Source of the DNA: Acidobacteriota bacterium
GTDB taxonomy: Bacteria > Acidobacteriota > Vicinamibacteria > Vicinamibacterales > UBA2999
DNA length: 64,000 nt
Direction: 5' to 3'
Assembly: GCA_046727855.1 (NCBI GenBank)
Contig: JBKPDL010000006.1
Coordinates: 27,509-91,508 of the forward strand
Made by a program: the position numbers and the translations under genes. The notes under the pieces are model-generated. The model was not told where the DNA came from. It ran no database searches and saw only the letters and a program-made list of their open reading frames with translations. This document shows positions 63,938 to 64,000 of the stretch, piece by piece (position 1 is the stretch's first letter; each line of letters opens with the position of its first letter).

Positions 63938-64000
63938 CTAAAACACTATCTGCAGCCGGAAGACGCCCGACCAGTAGTCCGTGATTCCCGTCTGCAACAC
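63938..64000 (-). CDS. 3' end of an outer-membrane beta-barrel-type gene (partial, ...GITDYWSGVFRLQIVF-stop)
   Basis: The open frame runs off the 3' edge of the window. The terminal aromatic Phe after alternating residues is typical of OMP C-termini. Too short for more. Confidence 0.35.
   Translation of the reverse strand: MLQTGITDYWSGVFRLQIVF

Overview
GC-rich bacterial chromosomal segment with about 60 densely packed genes on both strands, many joined by 1-4 nt start/stop overlaps. No rRNA, tRNA, CRISPR array, transposase or integrase was recognised. The PadR plus duplicated FtsX-type orphan permease pair, the hpnCDE squalene genes and the high G+C suggest Acidobacteriota; this is inference only. 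Recognisable blocks are:
- a Bacillus-type fatty-acid degradation cluster (TetR-type FadR with a palindromic operator, fadN, two alpha/beta hydrolases, fadA, fadE)
- pcs plus an MFS transporter
- a tandem-domain ThyX-like gene, def and thiI
- hpnC-hpnD-hpnE preceded by a PduO-type adenosyltransferase
- MutY-like and MutT-like repair genes flanking a TetR regulator
- lpdA, an E2 and lipB
- an NtrC-family sigma-54 activator, HU, queF and Smr
- a PadR regulator with a decayed permease
- an M14 peptidase, panE and an Omp85 protein
- sucA-sucB and a CotH-family gene

The observations most worth a second look are:
1. A translationally coupled SNF2 helicase plus 1110-aa PglX/Eco57I-like N6-adenine methyltransferase pair (46982-52643). 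It has no recognisable nuclease or BREX/DISARM partner genes and sits between housekeeping genes and repeats. It is a candidate minimal defence or epigenetic module.
2. A 68-codon glutaredoxin-like gene missing from the ORF track (13642-13848, minus strand). Its in-frame TGA sits exactly at the redox-active Cys position (T-U-P-Y-T), which makes it a likely selenoprotein.
3. A roughly 130-nt intergenic repeat family with five same-orientation copies that fill gene junctions.
4. A 23-24-nt repeat present both in an intergenic region and, in frame, inside lpdA.

Several enzyme homologues have lost catalytic residues, and two genes are decayed. Many long ORFs in the six-frame track are antisense shadow ORFs typical of GC-rich DNA and were not called.
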